A stretch of 64,000 nt of DNA from Lingula anatina (Eukaryota; Animalia; Brachiopoda). The stretch spans positions 7,448,954 through 7,512,953 of the forward strand of contig CM120644.1 of the NCBI GenBank assembly GCA_051362555.1, in the 5' to 3' direction. Made by a program: the position numbers and the translations under genes. Below, piece after piece: positions 48,001 to 59,337 of this stretch (the stretch's first letter is position 1; each line of letters opens with the position of its first letter). The notes beneath the pieces were generated by a model that was given only the letters and a program-made list of their open reading frames with translations, had not been told where the DNA came from and did not search any database.

Positions 48001-51000
48001 ATCAGGGGTTGACAGCTATGATACACTGTCACAAAGTATAGGGGGAGGACGAGGGGGGAGACCGAATTTAACAGTTTACCCCCCTCCTCTCTTGCAAAAA
48101 TATGGTTTATTAGTCAGGTGACAACATAAACAATGCTCTTTAAATATAATGACATCTGATGAAATTTCAGAAATTCAAAGTATCTTGCACTATTTTGTAT
48201 TAATATAAGTATGGCTTTATAGCTATAAGGCCATACAGAAAAAATCAACATTAAAAATAAGGAATCGCACCAGGTTCAAAAATTACCCCCATGCATCCCT
48301 AGGCTATGTCCACACATATACAAGTTTCTATGGGTATGCTATATGGGTCCATTTATTCACAAGTGCTTTGCCAAAATGCATAATTTCACCTTCACTGCAA
48401 ATATATGGGCATATATATATATATATATGCTTAAATGTTGATGTAGAAATCAACATATAAGGTCACACTAGCATGTTAAAGCTAAGTAAACTTATCCTCC
48501 ATTCATATAGGTATACAAATAGATATATGGACAACCTGTATAAGCCTCGTGTATTATCCAACTGTGCCTGTTTTCTATTCTACACACACTCATGCACGTA
48601 TTCGTGTTCGTATACACATCATAGTTCACATTAGTCAGTGAGATGTTAAGTCGTGTAAGTTTTTCCCAGCTCCACATGTGCTATGAATAACCATCTTGTG
48701 TAACCTTCTCAATCCTTGTGTTATACTATAACCATGCTTTTCCTCACATACCCACTGCATACTGTATATATACATGTACGTGTGTATATGCTCATCTTCC
48801 TACATGTACATTACCAGGTTGCAACTAACATGCAAAGTTTAAATTAAGTGCTTTCCCAATCCTTCAAGTGCAAGATGCAGAACTAATTTTTTTCACCACT
48901 CCCCAAGCTGGTCACAAAAAGGACAGCTTAAATTAAGCTGAAAGAAATAAAGAACTTGAAAAAAAAAAGAAAAGAAAAAAGTTCACAAGCGTGTAGGTAA
49001 AGCTAAACACACTGACAAGTTGGCTGGGAGAAAATTATCTGCTTTCTACATGTGTGTATAAAAGAGTAATCTATATAAGCTGTGTGTTCCGTAGACATGC
49101 TTGTGCTCACGTCGTCTGCTGTGTGCATGTGCACATGTTGATCTACAACGTGGTGTGTGTATGTGCATCACTGATAACAGGCATGGTTACGATATCTCCC
49201 CCATCCCTCTCCCTCTCTCTCTCTCTCTCTGAAAAGCCATCAACTTGAACCCAGCCAGATAGATATATATAAATTATAAATGTACTCCATATTGTCTGGT
49301 AAATAAAAAGAATAAGAAAGAACAGGCCACTTTTGGTAAATGGTCTTTCCAAGCACTTGCCACATCTTAAATGCACAACCACTTTACTTATAAATTTATA
49401 CATATATATTTACCAGGTCAGAGTCAAATCAAAAATGCACAAATATCCAAAAGTTTAATTTAAGATAACACCAATTAAAAAATAAATTACGAAAATAATC
49501 AAAGCCCAGAAATACACAATCAGTAACGCAAATATTAGAAGGGCTTAGGCTAATGTAGTCTGATGTCTTAATTTAGCTGAGGCACAAGACTGACAAAATG
49601 GACACAATAGCTGAAAGGGTAATCTGTACCATTCTGTAAAAATGGCCACTGGAGGGTGTAATAATTCTAAATTCCACCATAAAGCCTGAAAATATTTCAT
49701 GATAGATGTTTACAAGCAGACCAAATGGGAGCAGTGGTTTATCCAGGGCTCGACATTAGCGCCTGTTCGCCTGTCCGGGACAGGTAAAAAATCAGTTCGG
49801 ACAGGTGAAGTTGCAGGGTTGGCTGTCCGACGGACAGGTCATGCTTTGTGAGAAATTTGAAGCAAAAGTCTTTAAAAAAATATATTTTGTTGCATACTAA
49901 CGTCTTTTATTCCCTTCCTAGACGGCATTGAAAAGTGACCTACTTTTGGCACAAAACACATGCAGTCGCAAAACGAAGTCTGAGTAAACTTACCGCCAAA
50001 TTATGAAAGAGAACACCCTCCAGAACTTGATCAGACAAAATTTATTCACATATCAGGTTCTTTACTTTATATTTATTTAGTTCAAAATCTACGTGCTCTA
50101 GTAATAAAGACCGTTCCAAAAACAGAAACTACACAAGTACTGTGCTGCCTGGGTACAAAGCCAGATTGAACTGGATGAACTGGCTATATCTAGTTCGTTG
50201 TCAAGGCAACATACTGCCTGTCAATCAAATACGTTGTATGCTATCTACTCACTATAGAAAGTGAAATCTTTTGGACTGAAGATCTTGTTGAAATGTTGTT
50301 TATTTGCCAAAATATAACCTGAAATTGTGTATGATGTTTTCTTTAATTATTTTAGTATCACCTTTGTTATTTACAGTTAAAAAATAGTGCTCAGCTGAAA
50401 TATGATAAATTAACATTGCTGTCATGTACCAGTATGATATTGATGTAAGGAAGAAATTAGTAATAACAAATATGAGAATTTAAATAAAAAGAAGGGGAAC
50501 ATTTTATATTGATTTTATTTAATTCATATATTAAAAAAAATCAAACACATGATAACCCAAAAAAGAAGTTAAATTGTTAACAAAGATATAAGTATTATAA
50601 AATGAATATTATTTAACTTTTCATTGAACTATATTCAAATATTATTAATTTTGAATATTTTAATAAAATTAATTTAACAGTACCCCCCTCCCCACTTCCT
50701 GCTCAGGGTATTTTTTTTTCTTTTTTTTTAGCTGTGGTTAAACTTCGTGTAATCTGTTATCAAATTGCAGATTTACAATTAGTAGACCCTGTACCCCAAA
50801 TCCTAGGAGAAGCCCTGATTGGAACTATGTTAAATCAGACTTAGACCCCATTTCCAGAGATTAGATCGATCTACTTTAGATCAACCTAACTCCCTGGGGG
50901 TTCACGCAAAATAGCTGTCAGCCGGGCGGACACGAAAGTTAATTTCCCCCTTACAGCTTGTAGTAGGTGGGACGGACATTTAAGCCGGATTATCTGACAG

Positions 51001-54000
51001 TGAGACTCCCCGCGGGGATAGGTCGATCTAAAAGCTCTGGGAATACAGCCTTATATGCAAGATTTAATCTTCAGAGGTTCACAAGTATGAAAAAACAACT
51101 TTTTACCTGAAAATAAATTCACTTTAAGGTGCATTTTCCCAGCTCATTTGATTGAGTATTTTGGTAATAGATACATTAAATGTATGACTACACATTTACA
51201 AAGTTCTGGATATGAATAGAAAAAAAAATATTGGTTTTGTTGGACAGGTTGGTTTGAAAATCGGACAGGTCAAATTTGTGACCACCTGTCCGAAGGACAG
51301 GTGCTCATAAAAGTTAGTGTCTAGCCCTGTTATCACTTTTATCAAGTCCATCTGTAAACACTGTCACATGGTAAACATGACAAACCAAGTTAATGACTTC
51401 ACCAACCAGGATTCCCTTTTAATATTCCTTCATATTTATCTCAAATGATTACCCAACTGGTATGATATCAAACACTTTGGGCATAAAGATGAAAGCGTTT
51501 ATCTATGAAATTGAAAAAATGGCAATATCAGCTGTATCAAGAATGTCGTTCTTGGCTGCATGCAATAACGCAAGGAACCCTTATTACCAAACTAAAATTG
51601 GTAACTTATGATTAACCAGGCATGTCATGGAACTGTCAAGACATTCAAACCTGGTTTATCCTTAACTGGAATAGTCCAACTGACAACCCTAATGAGAGTC
51701 ATCCACCAAAGTCTTGTCAAGTGAGATTTTGCAAGATTTCAGAGAGAGAGAGAGAGAAAGAGAGAGCGAGAGAGGAGGGGAGAAGAAAGGGTAAAGGATC
51801 TGAAAATCAGTCAGGCGATCTCTAGTTTATGTTGGACCAGATAATTTTTTAACTGAGTCAATGATAAATTTTGAAATGTTCAATGTCTGAGTCCTGATAC
51901 AACCCCATACATATAGCGTCACACATTTGCTATAACAGTTCACTTGTCACAAAGGATATTGCCTCGTATAAAGCAGGTCTTCCTACTCCGACCACAGAAA
52001 CCTTTACATTAGAGTTACTTTCACTTGTGACATGAAACATTCATATTATTCTGCATCTCAACTACACAGTGCAAATTGCGGAAAGCAGATTATGTTCCCA
52101 GTGACTTTTAAATCTATAATATTTACAGACTTTTGTCACACCCTTTCTGAATTGTCACAAATATTGTGAATTTTTCGAGATGCCCCAAAGTTTTGCCACT
52201 GAGCCATAAATCTGGTGATATGACACAGAATATGAACAGCAATGAGGCAAACTATAACCTGTGAGGTGGGACAATGAATACAGTTAGTATTTATCCATGG
52301 ATATTTTTCTGATCACTTTCTTTGAAGTGCTGCCGAAATAGGCTGTTGCACAACAGTACCAGTTTTTCATGTTTCATCTGTCTTTTTGTATCACTTTCAA
52401 AGCCGATGTCTTGAGGGATTTCCATAAGACATCACATGCCTCAAAACTATCAGAATATCACCTGCGCAGAATTTCCTTTAATTATTTTTTTATTTTTCAT
52501 TTTGACCTTACTCTGCATGAGCGTAATATTCCACAATTGCACACTGTTCATATTTTGTGACGTGCTGAATAAATTTACGCAACGGCAGCATATCCTGCTA
52601 GTTGATTAACAAGTAGATGTGACAATTTTTTGACGACACAAGTGCAAGTGCAGTCTGTCACATTTAGAGCAATGGCAGAAACTATATTTAGTCCACATTT
52701 TCACAAGATATCATCTGATATTTATTTAATAAAAAAGCAGACAACAGCAAGTTATGACTTATATTAATACATAGGCCTGTGAGGATTAAGAACCCATATA
52801 AATGACTGAAGAATCAACTTCTATTTCCATATTTGCCAGTTGGGTATAGAGTCAAGACAACACCCACTCTATATATATTCTCCTTAGCTGAACTGCAGTG
52901 TCCTCCTTATATTAAACTATTATTTACTTAAAATGGTGAAAATAAACAAAAGTTTGGGTAAACTTTTTTTTTCAACTTAGAAGACTTGTTGTATACACCT
53001 GCCCTTCGTTTGACTTCACAAAAAAAGCTGTACGAGGTCAATGTTATGTTTCCTTCAGGGGTAGAATCAAGAAGAATCAGTGTGTGCCATTAATGTTCTA
53101 ACACTTACACCTCAAAAATAACATTACAATGTAGAAAACAACTGCTAAAAATTATTCATAAAATATCAAGTTAAAGAAAGAGGAGAAATTGGAAGGATAG
53201 GTTTGTGACAATAATAGTATGTGCCCTGAAGACATTCTGACTCAGCAATATGTTCATGACAACAAATACTGTTTCAACTTTTTTACAATGCTACAGTGTT
53301 TATCAACATCATACAGGTTCACATGATCGTTCATATATCTGTCATGACTGTGTGTTATTCTGGAATCAGTGCTATCTCCATATACATGCATGCAACCTGG
53401 CAATTTCTAATGAACATACGTCACTCAATCAATCAATTGCTGTTCCGTACCAAGACCTTGCAAGCATCCACATCTGTCTCGGTGAATATTCCACACTGTC
53501 ACGATCAGGAGTTTCGATAAAATTTATGAAAATTACAACTGTATGAGATGGTGTCACATGTTCAATGTTACACAATGTAGTAATTAGCAAGTTAAAATTG
53601 GAAAAAAGCCCCTTTGCAAGTCAAATTAATTACGATAAGACAGAAGAAATTTGACATTGAATAAAAATACCAATCCAATATCGTTACTCAAATCCTGAAG
53701 TAAAACAATTAATTACGAAAAGAGGTGAAATTCTCGAATCTACCGACATGTTTTTTTCTTACCTTCCACACCTCGACGTGGTTTCGAGTTATAATGGGCA
53801 TTTAATCTTAACAATCGGGTATAAATCCGAAAGATAGTGAAAGAGTAAACAAAATTCTAAGGGGGGTCTCTCAGGATTTGCCACCAAATGGAAAATTAAG
53901 AGAATTTGATGCAAAATTTTATGTGACCTGCAACCATACAAAGGGAAAATGGCGGACGTGTCATTCGAGCCGGCGGCTCACTCCACACAAGTGGGTTACC

Positions 54001-54258
54001 TTTGTGACTGCTTGGCGACCCAGGGCTGCGTCTTTCTGGAGATAATCTGTTAACAGGGGATCGTCTGGACTTCACATTGTGTCCCTCGCTCATCCATGGG
54101 GAAGTTGGAGAGGAGCTAGGGCTTCCTTTTCTTCCATTTGATCGGGTTGGGCTACCTTGCATCAACGAATACGGCAGGGTAGCCTTCATGGGCCCTTGCT
54201 TTGTGGAGGGCGATGCATTTCTGCTCGGCCTAACCCGTTGTGGCGTTTGCCCAGACAT
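32275..54258 (-). CDS. GLCCI1: GLCCI1/FAM117-family protein, about 455 aa
   Basis: GT-AG exons on minus: 54258-54000, 38625-38462, 36305-36213, 35113-34928, 34302-34237, 33939-33654, 32958-32829, 32458-32275. They total 1368 nt in frame. Family peptides: [94 protein letters not shown] and SAFCPLK. Confidence 0.9.
33164..33490. repeat. Intronic direct repeat, copy A (GLCCI1 intron 6)
   Basis: About 320 bp similar to 35173-35500, including a 76-bp identical core at 33291-33366. Confidence 0.9.
34740..34915. mobile_element. Harbinger-like MITE (family B)
   Basis: Inverted arms of about 55 bp (CCATTCAGAATAGGGGACTAACTAGTCCCAGGG vs CCCTGGGACTAGTTAGTCCCCTATCCTGAATGG). TAA TSD at 34737-34739 and 34916-34918. 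Confidence 0.8.
35173..35500. repeat. Intronic direct repeat, copy B (GLCCI1 intron 3)
   Basis: Similar to 33164-33490, with the identical core at 35298-35373. Confidence 0.9.
37789..37915. mobile_element. Degenerate MITE related to family B
   Basis: Shares CCCATTCA...GACTAAC...TCAAATAT.GCCGACCCA with the element at 34740. TTA occurs on both flanks. Confidence 0.6.
38373..38416. repeat. (GT)n-(GC)n alternating purine-pyrimidine tract
   Basis: Direct observation. Other (CA)/(GT) microsatellites lie at about 6085-6112, 41981-42018 and 55123-55163, and (ATT)n at about 27173-27206. Confidence 0.9.
44330..44491. mobile_element. Small hAT-like MITE
   Basis: TIRs CAGTGGCGGAT...ATCCGCCCCTG. No clear TSD. 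Confidence 0.55.
44520..44960 (-). pseudogene. Possible highly decayed LINE (CR1/L2-like) 3' fragment
   Basis: Broken minus-strand peptides KVIHF / YRNRKTVTFNGNPIKID / CKFM and SFPNGLSRL loosely resemble post-RT LINE motifs. The frames are disrupted. Confidence 0.25.
47231..47673 (+). repeat. 37-bp minisatellite, about 12 copies (GTAGATCATAATATCACAAGTACCCTACGGTTTATAC)
   Basis: Units start at 47241, 47278 ... 47648 with an exact 37-bp period and no spacers. Confidence 0.97.
49744..51329. mobile_element. Non-autonomous hAT-like element with a 5-bp TSD (hAT5-like)
   Basis: TIRs CAGGGCTCGACATTA / TAGTGTCTAGCCCTG. TTATC is duplicated at 49739-49743 and 51330-51334. GGACAGGT/ACCTGTCC motifs cluster near both ends. 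The interior is AT-rich and non-coding. Confidence 0.85.
50844..51050. mobile_element. PIF/Harbinger-like MITE (family A, copy 2) nested in the hAT-like element
   Basis: TTA TSD at 50841-50843 and 51051-51053. Homologous to 12133-12329. Confidence 0.8.
52321..52603 (+). mobile_element. Short HINE-like Helentron relic
   Basis: subTIR pair TGCTGCCG (52328) / CGGCAGCA (52583), internal TTTGACCTT and terminal CTAGTT. Confidence 0.5.
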
Positions 54259-54399
54259 TTTTGGTGAAGTACCCAGTTAGATGAATGCTTGGTTTATCTT
54301 TCAGTAAAATATCAGTCAATTTGGTTGCCTAAAATTCTTAGCAATAGGCCAAAAAGTCGGCCTTCTTCTACGCGGCTTCCATCGGCTTTCTCGGCAATC

Positions 54400-54560
54400 T
54401 TCCAGCCGCAGAAATATTTCCCCTCAACACAGATATCACGTGATCAAAATCTTAACCTGTGATTGGCCAAATATCTTAATTTAATATGTTAATAAGGTAG
54501 GGATTCCCCTCCTTCTTGCCCTCATTGCGGTATTTCAGCTCGCTCATTGGATATTTTTGT
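54400..54560 (-). promoter_or_regulatory. Putative GLCCI1 proximal promoter
   Basis: About 180-290 bp upstream of the ATG. E-box ATCACGTGAT (54435-54444), CCAAT boxes (ATTGG at about 54462 and 54546) and kappaB-like GGGATTCCCC (54500-54509). Confidence 0.5.
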
Positions 54561-55121
54561 TGATTTAACTGGAGAGTAAATAAGTAAACAATAGTTGGTC
54601 CATTGTGCGTGCGCTGCTTGTCAAAAATTGTTTACGGTCAAAGCAGTGACTTCGGTAACGATGGTAAATAGACCGGACATTTTCTGTAAGGCGTTATCTT
54701 TACCTGTGAAATCTGACATCAGTAATTTATCTGGGGCGACATATATGTATAGAAAAAAAAAAAAAACTCACACAACTAGCCTCATTTGGTAAGTCTCATC
54801 TAATGCATTTTACCAGTTAGAATATAGATTTAAAAAGAAATTTGATCACTTTAGAAATCTAGACAGGCAATTCTCATATAAACTATAATTTTTTTTAATC
54901 ATGGCAAAAAAGAAAAGAAAAATATTTGAAGTAGAAATAAGTAACTTTGTTCCGGTGGTCTGAATAGTGATGAGGTCGCCCGTCGCTTTGCCTCATTTTG
55001 CGCCGTGTACAATTGCGACAGATGTGCTGATGTTCAACTACCACATTCTCTCTCCCGAGGCATATCCACGACTGTTTGAAGGGGGGCCGCGGATGCGAAG
55101 CCGCCCCCCCCCCCCTCCCCA

Positions 55122-55166
<45 letters not shown>

Positions 55167-58100
55167 GGGTTCGGGATCTGCAGTAATTTAAAGGGGCGAC
55201 GGTGCCTTTTGATACGGTTTAGAACTATGATTCACCTAGTCAAAATTCTAATTTCAAGAGGACACCATTGGTGTGATTTTTTTCAGAAATGGAAAGGGGG
55301 GGGGGGGTCGGGACCCCTCCGACCACCGCCCCCCTCCCCAAATCCGCCATTGACACTGATGTCATTGGTCACATTGTATCACACCGCGACTCACTTGAAT
55401 CTCAAATATGTGTAATGATATTTATTCATTTATTCTGAAAGCAGATAACACAAATATTTCATACCGGGTTGACAACAATTCAGTTAGTTAAAGGGTTTGC
55501 TTCATGCCGTCAGAATGGCCTGAACGGAACATATTCTTCAGAAAACATGCCCAACTAACGATATCTTTATCCAAATACACAAATTAAAAGCTCATTTTGT
55601 AAATTTTTGGCTTTAAAAAACGTCCTATTTGCTCGGCCTGGGAGTTAATGAGCTACGTGGTCACGTGGTCCAATGACGACAATCGAGCCACTGGAGAACA
55701 GAGCGTGCTTAGCTGTCAAACTGAGCTGCATGGTCTACCTGTAAGATGACTTCTCTGGCTTCTTATAAAAGTTTATACTCATTCAAATCTCTTACCCGAG
55801 GGGTCTTAATCCTCGTGAAGCTGTGTAAAACCATTTCCCGTCTAGTCATTTCTTTAACAAGCATTTCATTATGGTTATCCCAAGTTGTATAAAACACTGC
55901 ATTTGAATGAGTTAAGGGAAATGTTGATTATTGCATATGAGGTCCATGTTATTTGTGAAATTCAATTTATTTTATTAAACCGCTGACACTCCGTCTTGCA
56001 TACTTTTATTAAACTGAGGTAAACAATGCCCGTTACCTTTACAAGTCCTATCTTAATCATCCATCTACCTGGAACTTCCTTTACCTCTTAATTAGAGGGT
56101 TAAATGGCATTCAATTTGTCTTGTTTGTATCGAACGCACTCTCTATCTAAGCTTTACTCCAGTTATCTCAGGTAAAAATCTACCTGTGCGTTAGTTACAA
56201 AGCGCAGCTCCCGTAGACCTGGGGGTACTAGATAAAATCTGAACACCAGGTTTATCGAGGAGCTAGAGAAAGAAAGGAAGAATTTTTCCTGCACAACATC
56301 ATAGGAATTTTAACACGGACTTGATCCAGCTTAGACCTCCAAACTAACAGGGTGACATAGGCAATTTTCACAAACAAATCATAAAACTATATTTCAGTTA
56401 ACCGCCTTTAAAATAAATATACCGTTCTGGGTAAATTAAAATAGTTATTAAATCGCAAGAATATTTTTGACTTAAATGATGATTTTATTATTAATGGAAA
56501 TTAAGCTACTATATGAGGTACATTTGCTGTGATTACGCTGTCCTTCTTGTTTTGCGTAAGTCTACATTTTGCTGTATGTGCTTGTAATCTTTTTAAATAT
56601 GTGCGTACAATTTTTGCAGGTCTGGTTACCCCCCTGTTATGTGATGAGAGTATTAATTTGGCAATTAGTTCCTTAGCTTATTTGAATAGAATTGCAGTGT
56701 AAAATTTTCAACAAGATGTTGGCGAAATAGCCCATTACTCTTTGTAGGTATTTCCCCCGTCAAAGTTTGTCTAAAATTATCTTTCAATCTTTACTCTTTC
56801 AAAGACAGTATAAAGTTACCTGACATATTTTCGTGTAAACTTAATGACAAGCCAAGTGTCTCCAGTTCATTCCGTACTCAATTTTACCCAAGCAAATTTT
56901 TTTCTTGAGTAGATCTTTATAGCACGTTGTTATAAGCTTACAAATTTGCAAAAAAAAAAAAAAAATTGCGTACTGACGCAGAATTTGCGTTTCAAGTTAT
57001 AAAATAATCAATCTTTTAAATTATTTAATATTTCAGATGAAATAATCTTCAGAAACAAATCCTCAAAGCATAAACGAATTAGGATAACGAACCATTTTAT
57101 TATAGCAGTTCCCATTTTTTCTTTAATATAACGCTCTTTTTCCTGTTTTTCCTCAACACGTTTTCTTCCACGGAAGCTTCAAGATACCCTGAGAGCAATT
57201 TCTTTTATTAATGTTCGCGACCGTGTTTGAACTTCATTGTTTAAGTATTGATATTTAACGTCATTTACAAATACCAATGAAATAACCCCATGAAATAAAT
57301 GAGATATATTGAAAAATATGAAAGCCCACCAAGACGAGTTTCATACCTGTTATTACCTGGCTTGGGAATTGCAGCGGGGAATAATTAACAGGTTTGTTGT
57401 AAACGAGCTTTTGGTCAACTACAATGCATTTAAAATGCATCAGTAATCAGTAGGTTTGCCAACTGATGACAGTTAATCTGAAAGACTACCAGCTCTTGAT
57501 ATGATCTAAACCACCTGAGGTGACCATGATCTAGAGCATCGCAACTATTGTCACCGAAGTTAGTAAGTAAGTCACAGAAGACCGTCACAGACAAAGAAAG
57601 ATTGTCAACGAGAGCTGCAATTTTGGTGAATCCCACGGCAACACACCGAGGCATAACGAAAATTCCTCAACTCCGTTCAACACAACTTTCCTTAACTTCT
57701 CCTTCTGTATGCACCTGCAGCTCAGTTGAGTCTCATAGACCTTTATCGTGATTGTCGTCACAGTACCACGTGACCCAGATCTGTTGCTTCATTTTTGCAT
57801 ATTGAGGTGAGGTTTACTAAAACGCTTTTTTTTCTACTAATAGATTGTTTTTATAATTTTTAAATGGCGGGTATCGATTAAAACATACCTCTAGTGTATA
57901 GATTGAGTGCTGTATCTTCAAAATTCGAGAAATGGATTTTTACATAAACATTGTCCTTTAATGAAATATGTCCGAATTGAAATTCACCAGTAAGTGTCTG
58001 TGAGGAACATTTATTAGCCTTTTCTGTTTCATAAAAGTATTGATAACTTTTAAGACAGTATCAAGGATGGATTTCAGTCCCTGTCAACCTGCAAAAAGGG

Positions 58101-59337
58101 GAAAGGGGGCAAAAGTGAAAAATTATACAAAATGCCCCACACTGCATTTCATTATCCTAAACCTTTTTACTTGGTAGACTAACTGAGTCCGCCTGCATAG
58201 CAGTGGGTATAATGATCTCCTGTAAGTTAATATTCATTTTTCATATGTATATATTATTAATGTTATTCGGTTTATAGTCTACACGAAAGGCAGAAAATGA
58301 ATAAAAGATGCCTCACGTTTATCACTGGCCTGTTGTCGTAAGGGTGGTCATGCGGATTTACACGTGTTACACTTGTTATTTCTTTATCTTGAATATTATA
58401 TAATTATGACACACGCTCGAAAACAAGCATAAGATGAGTTGTGTAATTTATTGAGAATTAATTCCGCGTTTTTATTTCAAGTATAAGAGTCGACCTAATA
58501 TATCACATCAGCACGTGGTTTATTCAACTGGCCCCGGTATGCCCCGTTTAATTCTGTTTACTAAAAGTTTTAACAAGGCCTCCATCTCTAGGCGGCTTTT
58601 TTCATACCTACCAACAATAGTGCGAAACAATGCCATAAATTTTGTAGGGTACAGGTAAATTAGAATAAAGCATCAGTGCTTGAATGCATATAAACATAGC
58701 TAGAGGCGTTCTTGCTCCAGGACTAGATGTAGACTGCAGAAAATGCGTTTTTATGAGATGTATGAACAGAATTGTCCACAGAGTTCACTTAACGCAGACG
58801 CACATAGGGTGTGCACGGTGTTTAACTGCATTATTCAAGCTCTAGAATCGTGTTACTTGTTTTATGACTATTTGTTTCTGTGTCAGTCTTAGGAAAAACC
58901 TCAGTTTGTCAACGTTGGTATCACCGTCCATCTTTCAGACACTTCTCATGTAAGTGATATGAAATACACAGTTCGTTGTATTCATAAATTCAACTGCTGA
59001 CCAACAAACAATGTCTAACTTTCTTTGAACTGAACACGGATACCGGATAAAAGCACTACCGTCCTAAAGGTAAATGTATAAATTGGAACAACAGACTGGA
59101 TGAGTAACTTTGACGCATCAAAAGTGTAGTAAAACTACGTCCGCATCGACGTGGCATTACCATAACAGTAATACCAGAACTGGGAGCATAGATGAGACAG
59201 TTTGAAAGTTCAGACAATAACACAACTTGTGCTGCGCATTTGAAGCAGTGCTGTTGGGACATTGTGTTAGGTGTGACGGGAAAATAAGCAATTGTGTCAA
59301 GTTGAACTGGCTGGGACACTTCTCAAAGCGGGATAAG

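Noticed and set aside
46715-48180. CTGATGA cores at about 46718 and 48157 as possible hammerhead ribozymes
   Set aside because: No correctly placed stem II plus GAAA, and no closing stems I/III were found.
57430-57654. ORF starting MPRCVAVG, reminiscent of a THAP zinc-finger start
   Set aside because: It lacks the second Cys and the downstream Trp, CxxH and AVP motifs.
59227-59337. N-terminal extension of GALNT shown in the ORF track
   Set aside because: It starts at a TTG codon. The first ATG at 59338 gives a normal type II membrane topology.
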